NCBI RefSeq assembly: GCF_009914755.1
Contig: NC_060925.1
Origin: the human T2T-CHM13v2.0 reference genome, Homo sapiens
Direction: 5' to 3' (one strand)
Length of the DNA: 64,000 bases
How positions within the stretch are numbered: the stretch's first letter is position 1; each line of letters opens with the position of its first letter. The notes beneath the pieces are model-generated. The model saw only the letters and a program-made list of their open reading frames with translations, ran no database searches and had not been told where the DNA came from. The position numbers and the translations under genes were made by a program. Positions 15,561 through 29,270 of the stretch are shown one piece after another.

Positions 15561-15929
15561 GAACGTACTACTGCTTCCAAAGAGGATGTTTTTTTTTCCA
15601 GCATGCCCAACTGGAAGGGCCCCGGGATACATAAGCCAGTGACAGTTGAACTAAGCACACTCAGTAAAAACAGGAGCTGAAGTAGTCATGAGCATCTAAG
15701 ATATATCCAGAGGCTGAAAAAGCCTAGCAGAAATTACATTTATCTTACAAATAATAAAACGGTTCTATTGCAACAATTGCTACTGGAATGATCACATTGC
15801 TTTGGTTTTGGCAGGAGTGCTACCAGTTTAATGAGTCACACCACTTTCTTGTTAGAGGCTCTGAATGACAGCTGTGTATTTCTATGGTTATTAAAACTGA
15901 GAAAAACCAATTAATTGTGATAAACACAT

Positions 15930-16312
15930 TGAATCAGTTAGGAGATGATAGATTACACTATGATAGCAAACAACTCCAAAATCTCAGTGCCTTAAAACAG
16001 CAGAGGTTTCCGTCGGCTTCTGCTGCACGTCTGCTGAATCAGCTGGGGGATCTGCTCCTCAATGTTTCTTCGCTCCAAGAAACCCAGGCCAATAAAGCAG
16101 TTTCTATCTAGAACATTGCCTTCTCCCTGCAGAGGAAAATGAGAACTCTTGAGGACTGCGCACTGGTGATTAAATACTTCTCTTGCAGATCACTGGCCAG
16201 ATTAAGTCCAGTGACCCAGCATAGCCCTAGGGGGCCTGGCAGTGTGATCCCATCCAGTTATCAGAAGGCGAGAGCATTTGAAATATTTAGTGAAGACCCC
16301 TAATGACTACCA
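15930..16312 (-). mobile_element. MLT1K/L-type MaLR LTR
   Basis: caaacaactccaaaatctcagtgccttaaaac...cactggccagattaagtc...taatgactacca. Confidence 0.7.
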
Positions 16313-17059
16313 AGTTTATGGAGTTTTGTAGATTGTAGTGTCTTCAGCAAATATTTAGCAAAAAAACAGTTTTGTGCCAGGTATGGTACTAAACACTGAA
16401 GATAAGACATGGTTCTCTGGTTTCATAAAACTTAGGACTCCTTGAGATTAAAGTTTTACAAAAAATGGTATCTTTGGTGGTAGCAAATTAAAAAGTCCCA
16501 GCTCTAGGCCCCTTCTTTTGGAGAAGGGGAAACTAAAGCCCGGAGATGTTCTCAGGATGATCGAGATGGAAGAAGGCTGGTTTCTATACCCCAGCACTTT
16601 ATTAAAGCAAGTGAGAGAAAGGAGGCTTAAAGCCATCTCTATGTTTACAAAGCTCTCTTGAAAGTTGCATAAATGGGTTAGGGTGTTCTGTTTACATAGA
16701 AAGGCTAAGGAATGTAGACAAGGCACCCACTTTGAGTATGGGTATGACAGAGGCCAAAAAGGCCATGAACCCTAAAAAGGGCCAGGAAAGCTATGGTCAG
16801 CTGCCCTGACCTGGCACCAGGCCACACATCATGCTGTCTATAGACTCTCCCATGTTAATACTTAGCATGCGAGATGGGCAATTCCCCAGTCTGAAGAAGT
16901 GCAGACTTCTCATGAAACAGTTCAAGTGTATGTGGTTAAAAAGCACAAACAAAAACTGTTCATTCAAAGTGTCTAAAAACAAGACTGACTTATATATCAA
17001 CTTATAGGATGCTTTCTTTGTCCACAGTAAACATCTTGGGAATAGAGCAGTTGACTGGA

Positions 17060-17290
17060 CATCTCTCATGTGCAGCAGCAGCAGGAAAAAGAACTTTGGA
17101 CTTTATCTGGTTTGCCTTTGATTCTCAGTTCTCTCAGTTACTTGCTAAGCAAATGACATCTCCTTTCTCTGTTTCATATCCCTCATCTGTTAAACAGGGA
17201 TCATAATACCTAACGTCGTGGGCTTCCAAGACAAATCCTAGGGGAGGAATTCTGCAATGCACCCAGTACTTGCCAAGTATTGTGTCTGGT
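17060..17290 (+). mobile_element. MIR
   Basis: gtttcatatccctcatctgttaaacagggatcataatacct. Confidence 0.6.
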
Positions 17291-17402
17291 ATTTAGCACA
17301 AAAGGAATTTTAGTTTCCTCTACCTCTCACTTTGGGAGCTCAGATAAATTAGTAGCTGTATTTTCCTAGACAAAAGATTCTATTTGTTTATGTGTCCTAC
17401 AC

Positions 17403-17850
17403 TGCATTAGGCTAAGCTATGGCAAGAAAGAGAAAAAAAAAACTTAAGTGGATTAATACATTTAAAATGTACTTCTTGCACATGTAATACTTCTAGGTGG
17501 GTGTTGTCAGGGTCACTCCTCCCCATGCTGGTGGTAGCTTGATATATTTACTCTGTGGCTTCCAAGATTACCCAAGGTGTTGACATCTCAGTGGACTAGA
17601 AGAGAGAATGAGCATGGAGGCGCATTTGGGGAGAGTGAGGAGGGCTGAACCTGGAGATGGGATCATTATTCATGCTTCACACTGACTCCCAGAGAACTGA
17701 GTTATGTGGTCACAACTCATATAAGGGAAACCGGGAGATCTCATCTTGCTGTATTTTTGCAAATAAAAATTAAAACCTTAGTTTCCCATAAAGAGGCAGC
17801 GTAAACATCCGGCAGGGAAGAATGGAATTTTGGGGACAGTTAGCAGTCTT
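17403..17850 (-). mobile_element. MLT1J-type MaLR LTR carrying a 58-bp foreign insert
   Basis: ttaggctaagctatg...agaactgagttatgtggtcacaact...aagggaaaccgggaga...ggacagttagcagtct. Confidence 0.65.
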
Positions 17851-17887
17851 GATTATTAATTAAGAGCAAATAGTTCTTCCCTTGTAG

Positions 17888-17974
17888 CATTCATCACCAT
17901 CCCTCAAAAACACAAGTAATAGAAAAAGCTGAGATAGAGTTACCCTGGGAGAATCCAAGAATAACTTTGGTAAG
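17888..17974 (+). other. Candidate 87-nt exon (unverified; lncRNA exon or pseudoexon)
   Basis: Acceptor ttcttcccttgtag|C and consensus donor AAG|GTAAGT; open in one frame. Confidence 0.25.
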
Positions 17975-18649
17975 GTAAGTGTATATAAATTGAAAGAAAA
18001 CACTCGACTGCTATTCTAATCATTCTTGTAATCAACATTTATTTAATTTTTATTAGGCATCACTTGGTGGGGATACAAAGATGGAAAGAGGAAGGCAATG
18101 TATGTATGCTAGGAGGATCAGAAGACAACCATAGTTAGCTAAGAGGTCATGATTTAGCAACAAATGAAACCAGACTTGTCTAACAAATTTCTCATCAACA
18201 AACATTGTACAAAAAAAAGTACTGAATAAAAGTATTGCCTATGTTGTTGTTCACACCTATGTATTTACTAGAATGTCTGAGAGGGCTGTACTGTATATAT
18301 GACTTTAAATTTTAGTTGATTTATTTATTAACCTTGAAAAGAGTAAGTACTTCTTAGTGAAAGCAATTCTTACAGCTTTGTTTTCAACCAACTAAAAATG
18401 ATATCACTCTTACATATTGTCCTCCATATTCTGAGGTCTTAAATGTACTTTTTTCTGATTTGTATTTATGTCCTGAGACAGAGATTTTTGGAAAAGAAAA
18501 TAAACCTACAGTTAAAAGAAAAAAGAAAACAATGAAAATAGAAGCTGAGCTTAGCTGAGGATATGAATAACGAAAAGCAACCACCTTACCGCAAAACAAC
18601 TCTAAGAAGTAGGATTATCATCACTCAATTTACAGGTAAATAATTTAAC

Positions 18650-19005
18650 AACAGATTATAATATAGCAAACTCTTTCTTAGTATTAACTAATCATGAAAC
18701 ATTGTTCTAAATGATTATCTATCTACCTATCATTTATCTATCCATTTATTATCTATCTACCTATCATCTATCCATTTATTACCTATCTATCTATCTATCT
18801 TCTATTCATCTGTCTACCTCTCTCTTTCTTATGTAATCCTTGTAGCAAACAATGAGAGTTGCCTATCCTAAGTATGAGGAAACTGAGGTAGAGCAAGGTC
18901 ATAACATGTTCAAGTTCACAGAATTAGTAAGTAGTAAAGTTAGGATTTGAAGCCAGACACTCAGGATCCATTTTCCATGCTCTTAACCATCATGCCATAC
19001 TGACT
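18650..19005 (-). mobile_element. MIR with an embedded degenerate (ATCT)n tract (about 18716-18803)
   Basis: atgaggaaactgaggt...caagttcacagaattagtaagt...ggatttgaagccag...gctcttaaccat. Confidence 0.75.
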
Positions 19006-22000
19006 AAACTATTTAAATTCATGCCCAAGGTCACATTTCAAGGGGGTAGCAGGAACAGGATGGAACCCTGGTGTGTGTGACTATGAAGCACTCACTTTGT
19101 CTTCTGCTCCATACTGTCTCTCAGTAGGTCTGAGATACAGAGTCAAGAGGGGAGAGGGCGTTGTAGGTGAGGGGTCCAATTCAGCAAGTACTGAGGGAAG
19201 ACAGAAAAAGCCCCCAAAACATATGCCCTTGCGTGTTCCAGCCTCCAGTGTCTAAATGCCAGTGGCTAATTTTGTAACTCAGTGGAAATTCTTCTTTGGT
19301 TACACAGGCCACAGCCCCTGGTCCAAGATACATACATACCGTCAATGTGTTTATTCACCTGAAGGGAGGCTTCCCTCAAGTTGATGCCTGAGTTGTCCCA
19401 GCAACATGAAAAGACAAGGCAAGCCTTGAGACAATCCAGAGGCCAAGAAAAGGGTAGCTGGCTGTGAAAGCAGGCAGTCCAGAGCAATCCTGGCACCACG
19501 GTAGATCCCAAAAGCATTTGAGCCAGAAGGGGCCTAATGGCTCACCCAGAGGTGAAGAAACTGAGAGCTTCAGGACAGTGCCAGTCACTCTGTTAAAGGC
19601 TTTAATGAGGTTATATCATTAATTTCTAACAAAATCCCAATAAGAAGTGATTCCCATTTATAGATAGGAAAATGAGGCTTCAAAGATACGATATGGCTTA
19701 CCTGGGGTAGAACTAGGATTCAAGCCCAGAAATGCCTAATTCCAGGGCCTATGTTCTTAGTGGCAAAGCCATTTTCCCCAAGGCAAGTCACTTGCCCACC
19801 AACTACATAGCTATCCAAGTGACAGCCAGAACCAGCGTCCTGTGCCCTCTGCCTTCCAAGGACCCCAGATTTCCCTGGCTATCAAGTAGCCAGACCATCA
19901 CCCACATAGAGATCAGCCATGTATTTCATCAGTACCTCTTAACATTCTGCCCTTCATTGCCCTGGAATGGGTCTTGTTCAAACTTCCCTTCCACAGCTCA
20001 ACAAATAAGCAAACAAAAATAAAAAGCTTAGCTTTCCATGAAAAGGCAGTATAAACATCTGGCAGGCTTGCTGGGTCTTGGCTTCCTCTGCCTCGGTTTA
20101 AGTGCTCAACTTGAGTGTATTTGGGTTTCAACAGAGGAGGCTTTGCTAGACATTACTCACCCCCCTGCAAAAGCAAAAACTTAGTGATAGAAATACAAGT
20201 GCTCTTGTTTGTTGACCAAAAGCTAAACAAATCATTTGAGGTTTTGGGTTAAAAAAATCTTTCAAAAATGTAGTTCCCACATATTCAGTTGGGATATGTG
20301 TAAGTGTATATGTGTGTTTGCTTAAATCTTGTCTGAAATAAGATGGGGTATAAATATAAATATGTGCAAATAACTTAAATAAATTTTAAAAAACTCATTT
20401 TTTTCAGTTTTATGAATTGAAATGGGCCAAAATTAATCTCAAATATGGGCCAGCCTTTGACAAAATCCTCCAGTTGGTTAAATTTTTTTATACCATCTGG
20501 GTAAGTTTGGGAGTGAGTTAAGCCCTCTGGGCTCTAATTCCTCATCTATAAAATGAGGATAATATTAGGATAATATAAAATTGACTGTGGTGAGGATGGA
20601 TTTAGAAAATTCTGTGAAAGCCTTATAAACTGCAGAGTCTTTCATACAGACAAAAGGCTGTGTTTACTGCTATTTTCTCTGGCAGGCACAGGTCTTGTAG
20701 TGGCAAATTCTCCTCCATGATTTACCAACGCAGTTGCTCTCATGCTGCTCCTTGGCTGCCCAAGGACCCCAGGAAGCGTCTTCTCCATTGGCAGTCCCAT
20801 CTCCCCAATAAACACCAAAACTTTTGCAAGAAATAGGTGTCAGGTGGATTTGGTTGTAGATGGGGGAGAAAAGAAAACTAAGATAGCCAGATTCAAGAAA
20901 GCACAATTTAAATAGCCACTCATAATACTAACCAGGTTAATTCCTCCCTCCAAGAAAGAAGACAAAAGAGGAAGTCCTTTCTAAGCAGCAGAGCAGAACA
21001 CTCATCTTTCCAGAAGGGCATGGTAAGAGGAAGTGCAGAGTAGGCAGTTATATAACAGGCCTAACAGGTAGCACAGGCAGGAAGGAGGATGGGTATGAGC
21101 AAGACTGAGAGAGGTTCATCAGTGCTGGATTTTCTAACAGCAGTGAACTAAACCCATGCTTAGGACATTGGCAAAGGAGGAATGGCTAATAAGTAATTTG
21201 ATTTTATTTTCAAATTACATATGTGGGAGGGAAATCATGATGCTTTCAGTGCTGTGGACATATAAAGACCCTGGTCCTGATCCAGGAGGCACTTGGGTAC
21301 CGAGTGTCAACAAGAGCCCCTAAGAGAAGATAGGGTGAAGCCCCCATGGCCCTGCCACCTGATGTGTCACAGCAGAGAGGCATTGAGTATGGGAAACACC
21401 ATGCTTAGGAACATGGGGCAAAAAGAAGTGGAGGGGCAGCTCAATAGAAGGGACTATATACAAATCACATAGCCAGACAGGGCTAGCAGGTACAGCAGGT
21501 TCTAGAAACCCTGAGAATCAAGAGCAACAGGGCATAAGTGCCTCAGGAGCCTAGGTCTGAAAAGGCTGCAGCTCCAGAAACAACACAGACAGAAAAATTG
21601 ATCCAAAACATGGAGGGGAACATCAGGAAGATATTCTGGACACAGGACTGGCAAGAAACAGGAATGGTGATGGCAAGCTTGGCTGGGATTGAGGGTGGTA
21701 TTTGCCCTATCCCTCCATGAAGCCCTGAGTAGGTAGAGAAACTCTTGTTATCCATATCTCAGAGCCTCCAGTCAGAGAAACCAGGGCACTGTTCTGACGC
21801 ATGGGCGTCTTTCGTCATTGAACTTGAGGGGAAGAGGGAGTGGCAGTTGCACAGAAGGGCCTGGATTGGGAAAGGTCAGAAAATGAACACATGCCAGGTT
21901 AAAAGCCAGTGACGGAGACTGGAAGAGCAGAAGACAGAGCCAGAGGACCTAGTGCTACATTGATGCTGGGATGGACAGGGAAACAAGGTCAAAGGTGGGG

Positions 22001-22562
22001 GCAGAGTAAGGGGGTTTTAAATGCTTTTTAATGACACAGCTATCAGACTAGTTAAAAAGCCCAGATCCGTATGAATTCCAAGCAAAAATATACCCTGCGC
22101 AAGTGCAGACCACCTAGACTTGGCCTTCTGCCTGATAAAATTGTTGGAATTCTCCAAGGAATAGCAAAGTCAGATTGTGATGAGGGGGCAGAGGTGAGAG
22201 CAGATAATAGATGAGAAAGAAAAGTGTTATTGTCTTAACAGGTAGCACAGAAAAGACATTCTTTCCCCCTATAAAGAATCTTTGTTTATTAAAATTCTTT
22301 AAAGCAGCTTGAAATGAAATCATCACTTTGAGATATGCATTGGCATGAGCTAAGGTCACCAAAAGAGATAAATAATGTATAATACATCCAAAATTAATAG
22401 TGGTTTGGGGGTACTGGAAAGACAGAAGTTTGGGGAGAAGAAGGAGAAATGAAGAACAATTAGTGAAATGGCATGAGACTAGGCCACTGTACAACATGAA
22501 GAGAAAAGTGAAAGCTCCTCACTGCCAAGGTTGCCGAAAGATGTTTAGGAACAATGAAGCTT

Positions 22563-22977
22563 TGTATCAGTAAGATATTGCTGCATAACTAATGACCTCA
22601 AAACTCAAAACAACAATAAGCAAGTATTTCTTGTTCACGCGTCTGTGGGTCAGCTGAAAGTTGGCTGGCCTAGGCTGCGTATGGCTCCAGGCCATGTGTC
22701 TGTTCCAGGTCTATGACACAAGGCTGTCATCCTTCTGGGATGAATGGGCTACATAGTGCACACTTTTCTCTTGGAAATAACAGAATTACAATAATAGGAG
22801 CCCTCCTTGAAAGCACATTTTAAACCTCTGCCTATGTTCCCTCTAATAATAATCTTTGGTCAAAGCAACTCACATGACCAAGCCCACCATCAATGGAGTG
22901 AGCAAGTAAACTCCTCTGATGGAGGAGGGCTGGTAGTAAGAGTGGATATTTGCTAAACAACGATCTGATCTACCACA
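22563..22977 (-). mobile_element. MLT1H/I-type MaLR solo LTR
   Basis: tgtatcagtaagatattgctgcataac...ggtcaaagcaactcacatgaccaagccc...tctaccaca; TSD agctt/agcct. Confidence 0.85.
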
Positions 22978-24809
22978 AGCCTTATGCTAAATTTAAAATT
23001 ATTTGCATTGCTGCAATGTAAATTCCTTCTCTGACCACTCTCTCAATCTTTAGTAAATGTACCACAAATACAAATTTTTTGAGCTGCTTTTCTAGAGAAA
23101 TCAAGGCAGAGGATTGACATGATGCAGAACAGAGACAGTAGATGAAAGTAAGTGATCCACAAGACAGAAGGCAAAATCAGAGGTGGCCATGAGTACCTAA
23201 GCCTCCAAAAATCATAGGCATATTGGGAAAATCAGAGAAATAAGGGCCAGAACCAATCTTGTTTAGACCTCAAGGAGAGCTCATCTGCCAGCTATGTTAC
23301 TTAAGACTATTGGTAATGGCCATTGGTAAGTGAGGCTAGACTGCCTTTCCATTGTCTGACAGGAAGCTATGGCGGAGCAGGACAGGCCATAGAAGCCTCA
23401 GGGCTCATTCTGAACAGCAGGGAGGAGGAGGTCATCAACCAAGTCCAGTTAGGAAATTTGGTCCAGAGGGATCCAGAGGCTTGTATCTGAGTATAAGGTG
23501 AGGATTTTTTTTCCTAAGAGTAAAGTTAAAACAACAACAACAACAACAACAAACCCTAGTCTTTAGAGAGGAGGTGTACTGCCATTGCAGAATTATCAGT
23601 TAGACTACTTGAAGTTTAGTCACTATACTCACTTAACTAGGGCACTTCAAATTATTCCTGAAGTAGAAAGTATTGAGTATTAACCTTCAGAATAAGGGAG
23701 ACATAGAAGGCAAGAATTACCATGTTGAAAACTTGCTCAATATCCGGAAGTACATACACTATTATCTGATTAGTCCCCACATGACCTCCTCTCCTCAGAG
23801 ATAGGAATTATTATTCCCACTCTATGAACAAGAAAATGAGATCATAGTGGCTGGCCTTTTTCAATGGAAAAGGCAAAGCCAAACATGTAAGGTGGTGGTT
23901 GTGAAACCATACAGCTGCAGCAAGAAGAGAAGCATGGTACAAAAGAATGGTTGCTGCATACAACCCTTGTTGGATACATTTATGAGGATTCTTGTCATGC
24001 TTGTCAATCCTAGATGAGTTTTTATGACTATGACTCATACGATGTTCTGTGACCTCAAGGGCTTTACAATTGCAAAGCGGATAATCTAATCTCTTTGGTT
24101 TGAATGAAGAAAACATACCTAAATTATGCATTAATCTCACCCTTCACCTATGTTTATAGCGTCTTCATCCAGTCTATTTCTATTGCCAGAAACGGAGACA
24201 AGAGCTGGGACAGGGTAGGGAAGTAACATTTAATAAATGTTATGTTGTGTCATCTGTGTATAAATCAGTACATAAAAATGCTTGATAATAAAGAATATAT
24301 GAGCACCTCTATAGCATGACACTACTGCAGGTCAGTAGACTTAGGAAGACAGTTACAGTCATAAGAAAATTATAGATATTCAGTTTTCTCCCTTGGACAA
24401 ATACTTTGACCACTTATAAATCTTAACTATCTTAGTGGATAAATACCGTATTCACTTTCAAATGCATATTTCAGCCCCCTTCTCAGAGCCTTCTTGGAGT
24501 CGGCTAACTTAGGAATGTAAGTCTTTCCTCTCTCTCCACTAATGAATATGAGATCTGTCCCTTTCCTGTATTCCATTAGACCCTTACTCTCAGATGGGGG
24601 AGAACTAGTAGATCTTAGTTGGTATTTGTGTACAACTGAAAAACAGTGATTTCGAGGTGTTAAGGGATGAGAGTGGCTGGGCTATGAACTAGTGAATAGC
24701 CTCATCCTTCTCTGTGATGTAGTTTTTGAAATGATGAGGCCATGTTAAATGGTCAGTCCATAGCAGAATTTCTACTGCCTAGGAAATAGTTACACACTCT
24801 GCTATATCG

Positions 24810-24990
24810 CTATCATTTACTTTTCATTCTTTCTTAGAAATTCAGTCTCTCTGCCTACATTTCCCATCTGTTCTTGCATACTCTCTGCTGTATCTACTAG
24901 AGCCCCTAGCACGTTAGTCATAATTGTTTTAAATTCCCACTCTGATTAAGTCCAACATTCCTGACATATTTGAGTCTCATCCTCATTCAT
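24810..24990 (-). mobile_element. Old L1M 5'/ORF1 fragment
   Basis: cccatctgttcttgcat...agagcccctagcacgttagtcataattgttttaaattccc. Confidence 0.6.
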
Positions 24991-25689
24991 TATTGGTTTG
25001 ACAAACCTAACATAAAATCACCACATGAGATAAAATGTGTGAAAGCAAAGAACACATAGGACAGTCTCAACAAAACCATGTTTAACTGAATAACCTCCAA
25101 ATCACCTTCACAGCAGACCATAAGATGAGAAGTTTGATTTGTTTGTTTGTGTCTTTTTCTATCAAGGAACCTATGTAATAAGGTTAATTAGGAAACAAGT
25201 TTTCCTAATAAAGCCTATCTTCTCTTGGAGTCTGAATTCCATGGTGCTCTACAGTGTCCTTTGCTTTACCTCTTAATACATTTTTATAAGGAAACACTCA
25301 TACAACTCTGCAGGGCTTTGACACTTTGCAGTGGATTTGAGGGCAGAGGAACCCATGGGCTGAGACCCTGTTTTTGAAGCAGGATGGAGGATGGTGATGG
25401 GATTGGGTAATGGAAGCTATTTATTTACCACCAGCTGCCTCCAGCTGTGACACCCCGCTAGGTTATGGAATAAAGCACAGTAAATAAACACCCCGAGGAG
25501 ACACCCTGAAGCACAGCACACATGGAAATCCATCTCCTCACAAATCCTAGAAAAATATGTACTCAGTGCTGAGCACGTCCAAAATAAACCATCCCAAGCC
25601 AATGATTTGGAATGATTTCCATGTTTCTGTCCTGGGAGTGATTTGGAGGAATAAACCAGGATGGCTAGGGTAATTGCTCTGAGCAGGTA

Positions 25690-26000
25690 CATTGTCCTTC
25701 ACCTCTTCTTGAAGGGCTAACTCCTATTCATCCTTCAAGTCTCAGCATAGGGATCACCTCTATGGAGACATCTTCCCTGACATCTGTGACCACGTTGCTT
25801 CCCCAAGGCTTCCACAGCCCTGGGCTTCCCCTGTCACAGAACTCATCACATTATATTAAAATTACCATATATTGCATCTGTCTCTCCAACTAGACTGTAG
25901 GGTTCACTGGAGTCATGAACCATATTCTAATCATCTTTATATCCTCAGCACTTAGTACAATAACTGCTCGTAGCTGCTCCACCAATGTTTATGGAGCTGA
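25690..26000 (+). mobile_element. L2 3' end
   Basis: aactcctattcatccttcaagtctcagc...caactagactgtag...ctttatatcctcagcacttagtaca. Confidence 0.75.
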
Positions 26001-28834
26001 GCTCATTCTGCTTGCAAACGTCATTATTTGTTGTTTCTTAATTTCCACAAAGAAGAAGGAGAAAAGGAAAAAGGAGAAGGAAAAGAGGAGAAAGAAAAGA
26101 GCTGGAGAAGACCTTAACCATTAGCACGAGTCTATGGACCAAAGGCATGAAATATCACTCCCTTTATCCTGCCCCTTCCTGCTTCTTAGCAAGAATGATT
26201 GTATTCAATTTCTCCCTTCTCTGTCTTTCCTTTTGTAGTCTCTCTCCTTGAATCCCATGAAGAAAACATAAGCAATTTGGCAGTACACAGTTAGAAAATC
26301 CCAATCTCATCTCACCTCTTTGTTTTATAAATGAGGAAACTGAGTCTCAAGACATCATCATGAGCCCACTTCTACATTTACTTGTCATTCTCTCTACCCA
26401 TTTAATCATTGTTTCTAAGCTCACTCTTACCCTTCACCCATGAAGAGCTCATTCCCACCTCTCACCTTCACCCTTAGCTCCATTCCATCCACAACGAGGA
26501 ATGTTGATCTAGATCTTGACAGTCTAAATTATTGTGTTCGACACACTCATAAAGCTTTCAGAAAGGTCAAAATGTGAAATGCTTATGATTCTGATACTTG
26601 CTGGATTATATGTCTTTTCCCTTGCATGTTGTAAGTCCGATCCAAAGAGAACTTGTCTTCCCATCACACTCTGACTGAGGTGATCAAAATCAGTTTACAA
26701 GAAACATATACTTTCCAATAATGATAAAAGATTAGCAAGAGAGTCATTTTTGTTGAACTCTGCTAAGCAGTCTGCTCTCAGCTAGATGTTTTGCATCTAG
26801 GATCTCATTTCATTACCAGAAAAACTGCAAGACAAATTTATCCCATTTTATAGATGAGAAAGCTGAGGTTTAAAATGTTATAGTTAGTATGTAGATGAGC
26901 CCTAGATTCAAACCCAGTTCTCTGGTTTCAAAGCATACATTTTCCCTGCTATTCAATGAAGACATTTATGATAGGTCATTGGATGGGGTCTAAAAAGAAA
27001 AAACAAAACTAAACTAAACCCCCCAAAATGAAGACATTTAATTGAAGGAAAAAGTCCTGTTTAGAGGCAGCATCTAATCTCTTCACCTCTTTCTTAAAGC
27101 TGTCTTCTTCCCCTCCTCTACCCCTCCAAGATGTCTCTAGAAAAGGTTGATTGCTATTCAGGGTGGTAGGATGCCCCAGACCACAGAGGCATAGAGCAGA
27201 AGTCAGGCATCAGAAATTAGGAGGGTGGTCGAGGAATAAGATCCAGGAATATGGGAAGGAGTTGTAAGAATATCGAATCCAGCTCATTCTGTAAATGTAG
27301 CGTGTTTTCTTCCCACCCCCCAGCAGTCAGGAAAGCCTTTAATGGGCTTCCACCTAGCACTTCAGCTGTTGCCCAGCAGCATCTTAAAGGCACCACTAAA
27401 CACTTGCCATGGTGCTCTCATCAGGCTTTGAAGGATTGCCCTGTGGGCTCCACAATTGTTATTGAAGCTGCAAGAACTCAGTTACTTCCTGGAAATTGCA
27501 GGTTCAGCCATAGCGAAGTAACCATTTTAGCCAAACCAAATAAATTCAGAAACAGTACTCCCACTAACCCCAAACAGCATTCTCACTAACCCGAAACTCT
27601 CCCGGCTTTAAAGCAGAGAATAGAGACTCAGCAAGGCCACTTTATAATTTCTCAGATACTTTCTTTTCAAGTCCAGACTCATGCTCAATTTTTATTCTTT
27701 GATTTTACTTTTTCAGAGCAATAAATTAGTAGTTTTAAATTAGTGGTTCATTCTAAGACTAGAGGGCAGAGTTCAACAATGATTCAGCAGAGAGGGTTAT
27801 TCCAACAACTTGGCACAAGGAGTATTGTACCAGGTGACTTCTCATTCATTTCTTCATTTATCCTCACAACAGCCAATTGGGTACAATTTCCCTCTCATAT
27901 TTTAGATGAGAGTTTAATTACACCACCCAATGTCATACAACTGAGAAGATGCTGTGTAGAATTCAACTTTTATTCATATCACTAATTCACAACAACATCT
28001 CAACCTAAAGAAGAAGAACTACACAACAGTGGCCAGTTTCAGGACGTAACAAAATGCCTGTCATTGGCACTGAGATATGAAACAGCAGAGGATGCATGAA
28101 TCAGTGCACTTTAAATAAGAAATTTAGGGGTGAGTAATAGGAGAGAGATCTGGACAGGAAGTCAGGGCCAGATCATTAAAAGCCATACTAAGGCAAATTG
28201 GGCACTAGGCAGTGAAGGAATATTTGAATAGATTTAAGTAATTAGTTCATAATTTTTCAATGAATATTTTGTGTAATACCAACTATATGTTAAGTCCTAG
28301 GGACAAAACTATAAACAAAACAGGTGTTTCCTGCCTTCACTGGATCCACAGTCCAAGAGAAATGAGTGTCATTTCCATGTAGTGTGAAAAATGCTCTGAT
28401 GGGGGATGAATGGGGTCTTGGAAGAGTATTAGGAGGAGTAAGGAAGGGACAGATTCCCAAGGGAAGTCATGCCTAAGCCAAGATTTGATGGAGGGTGAGT
28501 GTGGGGAAGGAGGTAGTGAAGGAGATTGTTACAGGCAGTGGAAAGAGCAGGAGCAAGGCCAGAGATGAAAGTATGGTGCTTTAGAATAATAGGACTTTGG
28601 GAGAGGGCTGGTGGGCTTGATGAGAGATGGAGCTGGAAGGGTAGCAGGGGCTATATCAAGAAGCCAGGGAGTGTTATCAGCAGTTTTTGTTTTAGAAAAT
28701 CACTGTGAGTGTAGTGACAGCTGGATACGAAAAAACCATGAAAACAAACTTAAGATTCTCCATCTTTGAAAATACCATGAGTATATGGTTCAATAAATTG
28801 ATGGAACCTCAGGAAGCAAATTTTGTCATTGCTC

Positions 28835-29270
28835 CCTATCAGTTAGGATGCTTTCAGCTGCACGCAATAGAAACTCAGACTGGCTTAAAGAATAAGGAAA
28901 TGCAATAGCTCTAGGAGGAGCTCTAGGAACTCAGAAGGCATAGCACAATCAGTGGCTCAATAGTATAATCAAGCATTTTGGCTTTTTCCATCTCTGCATT
29001 CAGCCATCCAAAACACTGGCCTCATCCTAAAGCTGGTCCCCCTTGAGAATGTAACATGGATGCCAATATCAATTGGGACTAGATGCTTCTTTGTTGTCAT
29101 CACTGAGAAAGAGAAGGAAAAGTATTTTCCTCAATAATGGAATATAAGTCTTTTCCTTTATCTTTATTACAGGTCACTACTAAATCACTGACCATGGGGG
29201 AAATGTCACTTGTTTATTGGCTTAGATTAATTGAGATTTATCTTTAGAACTAGGAATGGTATCAATCTTT
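28835..29270 (-). mobile_element. Old MLT1 (M/N/O-type) LTR
   Basis: tcagttaggatgctttcagctgca...aaactcagactggcttaaa...gattggcttagatta-like end. Confidence 0.6.

Noticed and set aside
21154-21430. Repeat CCATGCTTAGGA at 21154 and 21399
   Set aside because: Only 12 bp exact with weak extension, within a probable ancient LTR-like region I could not assign
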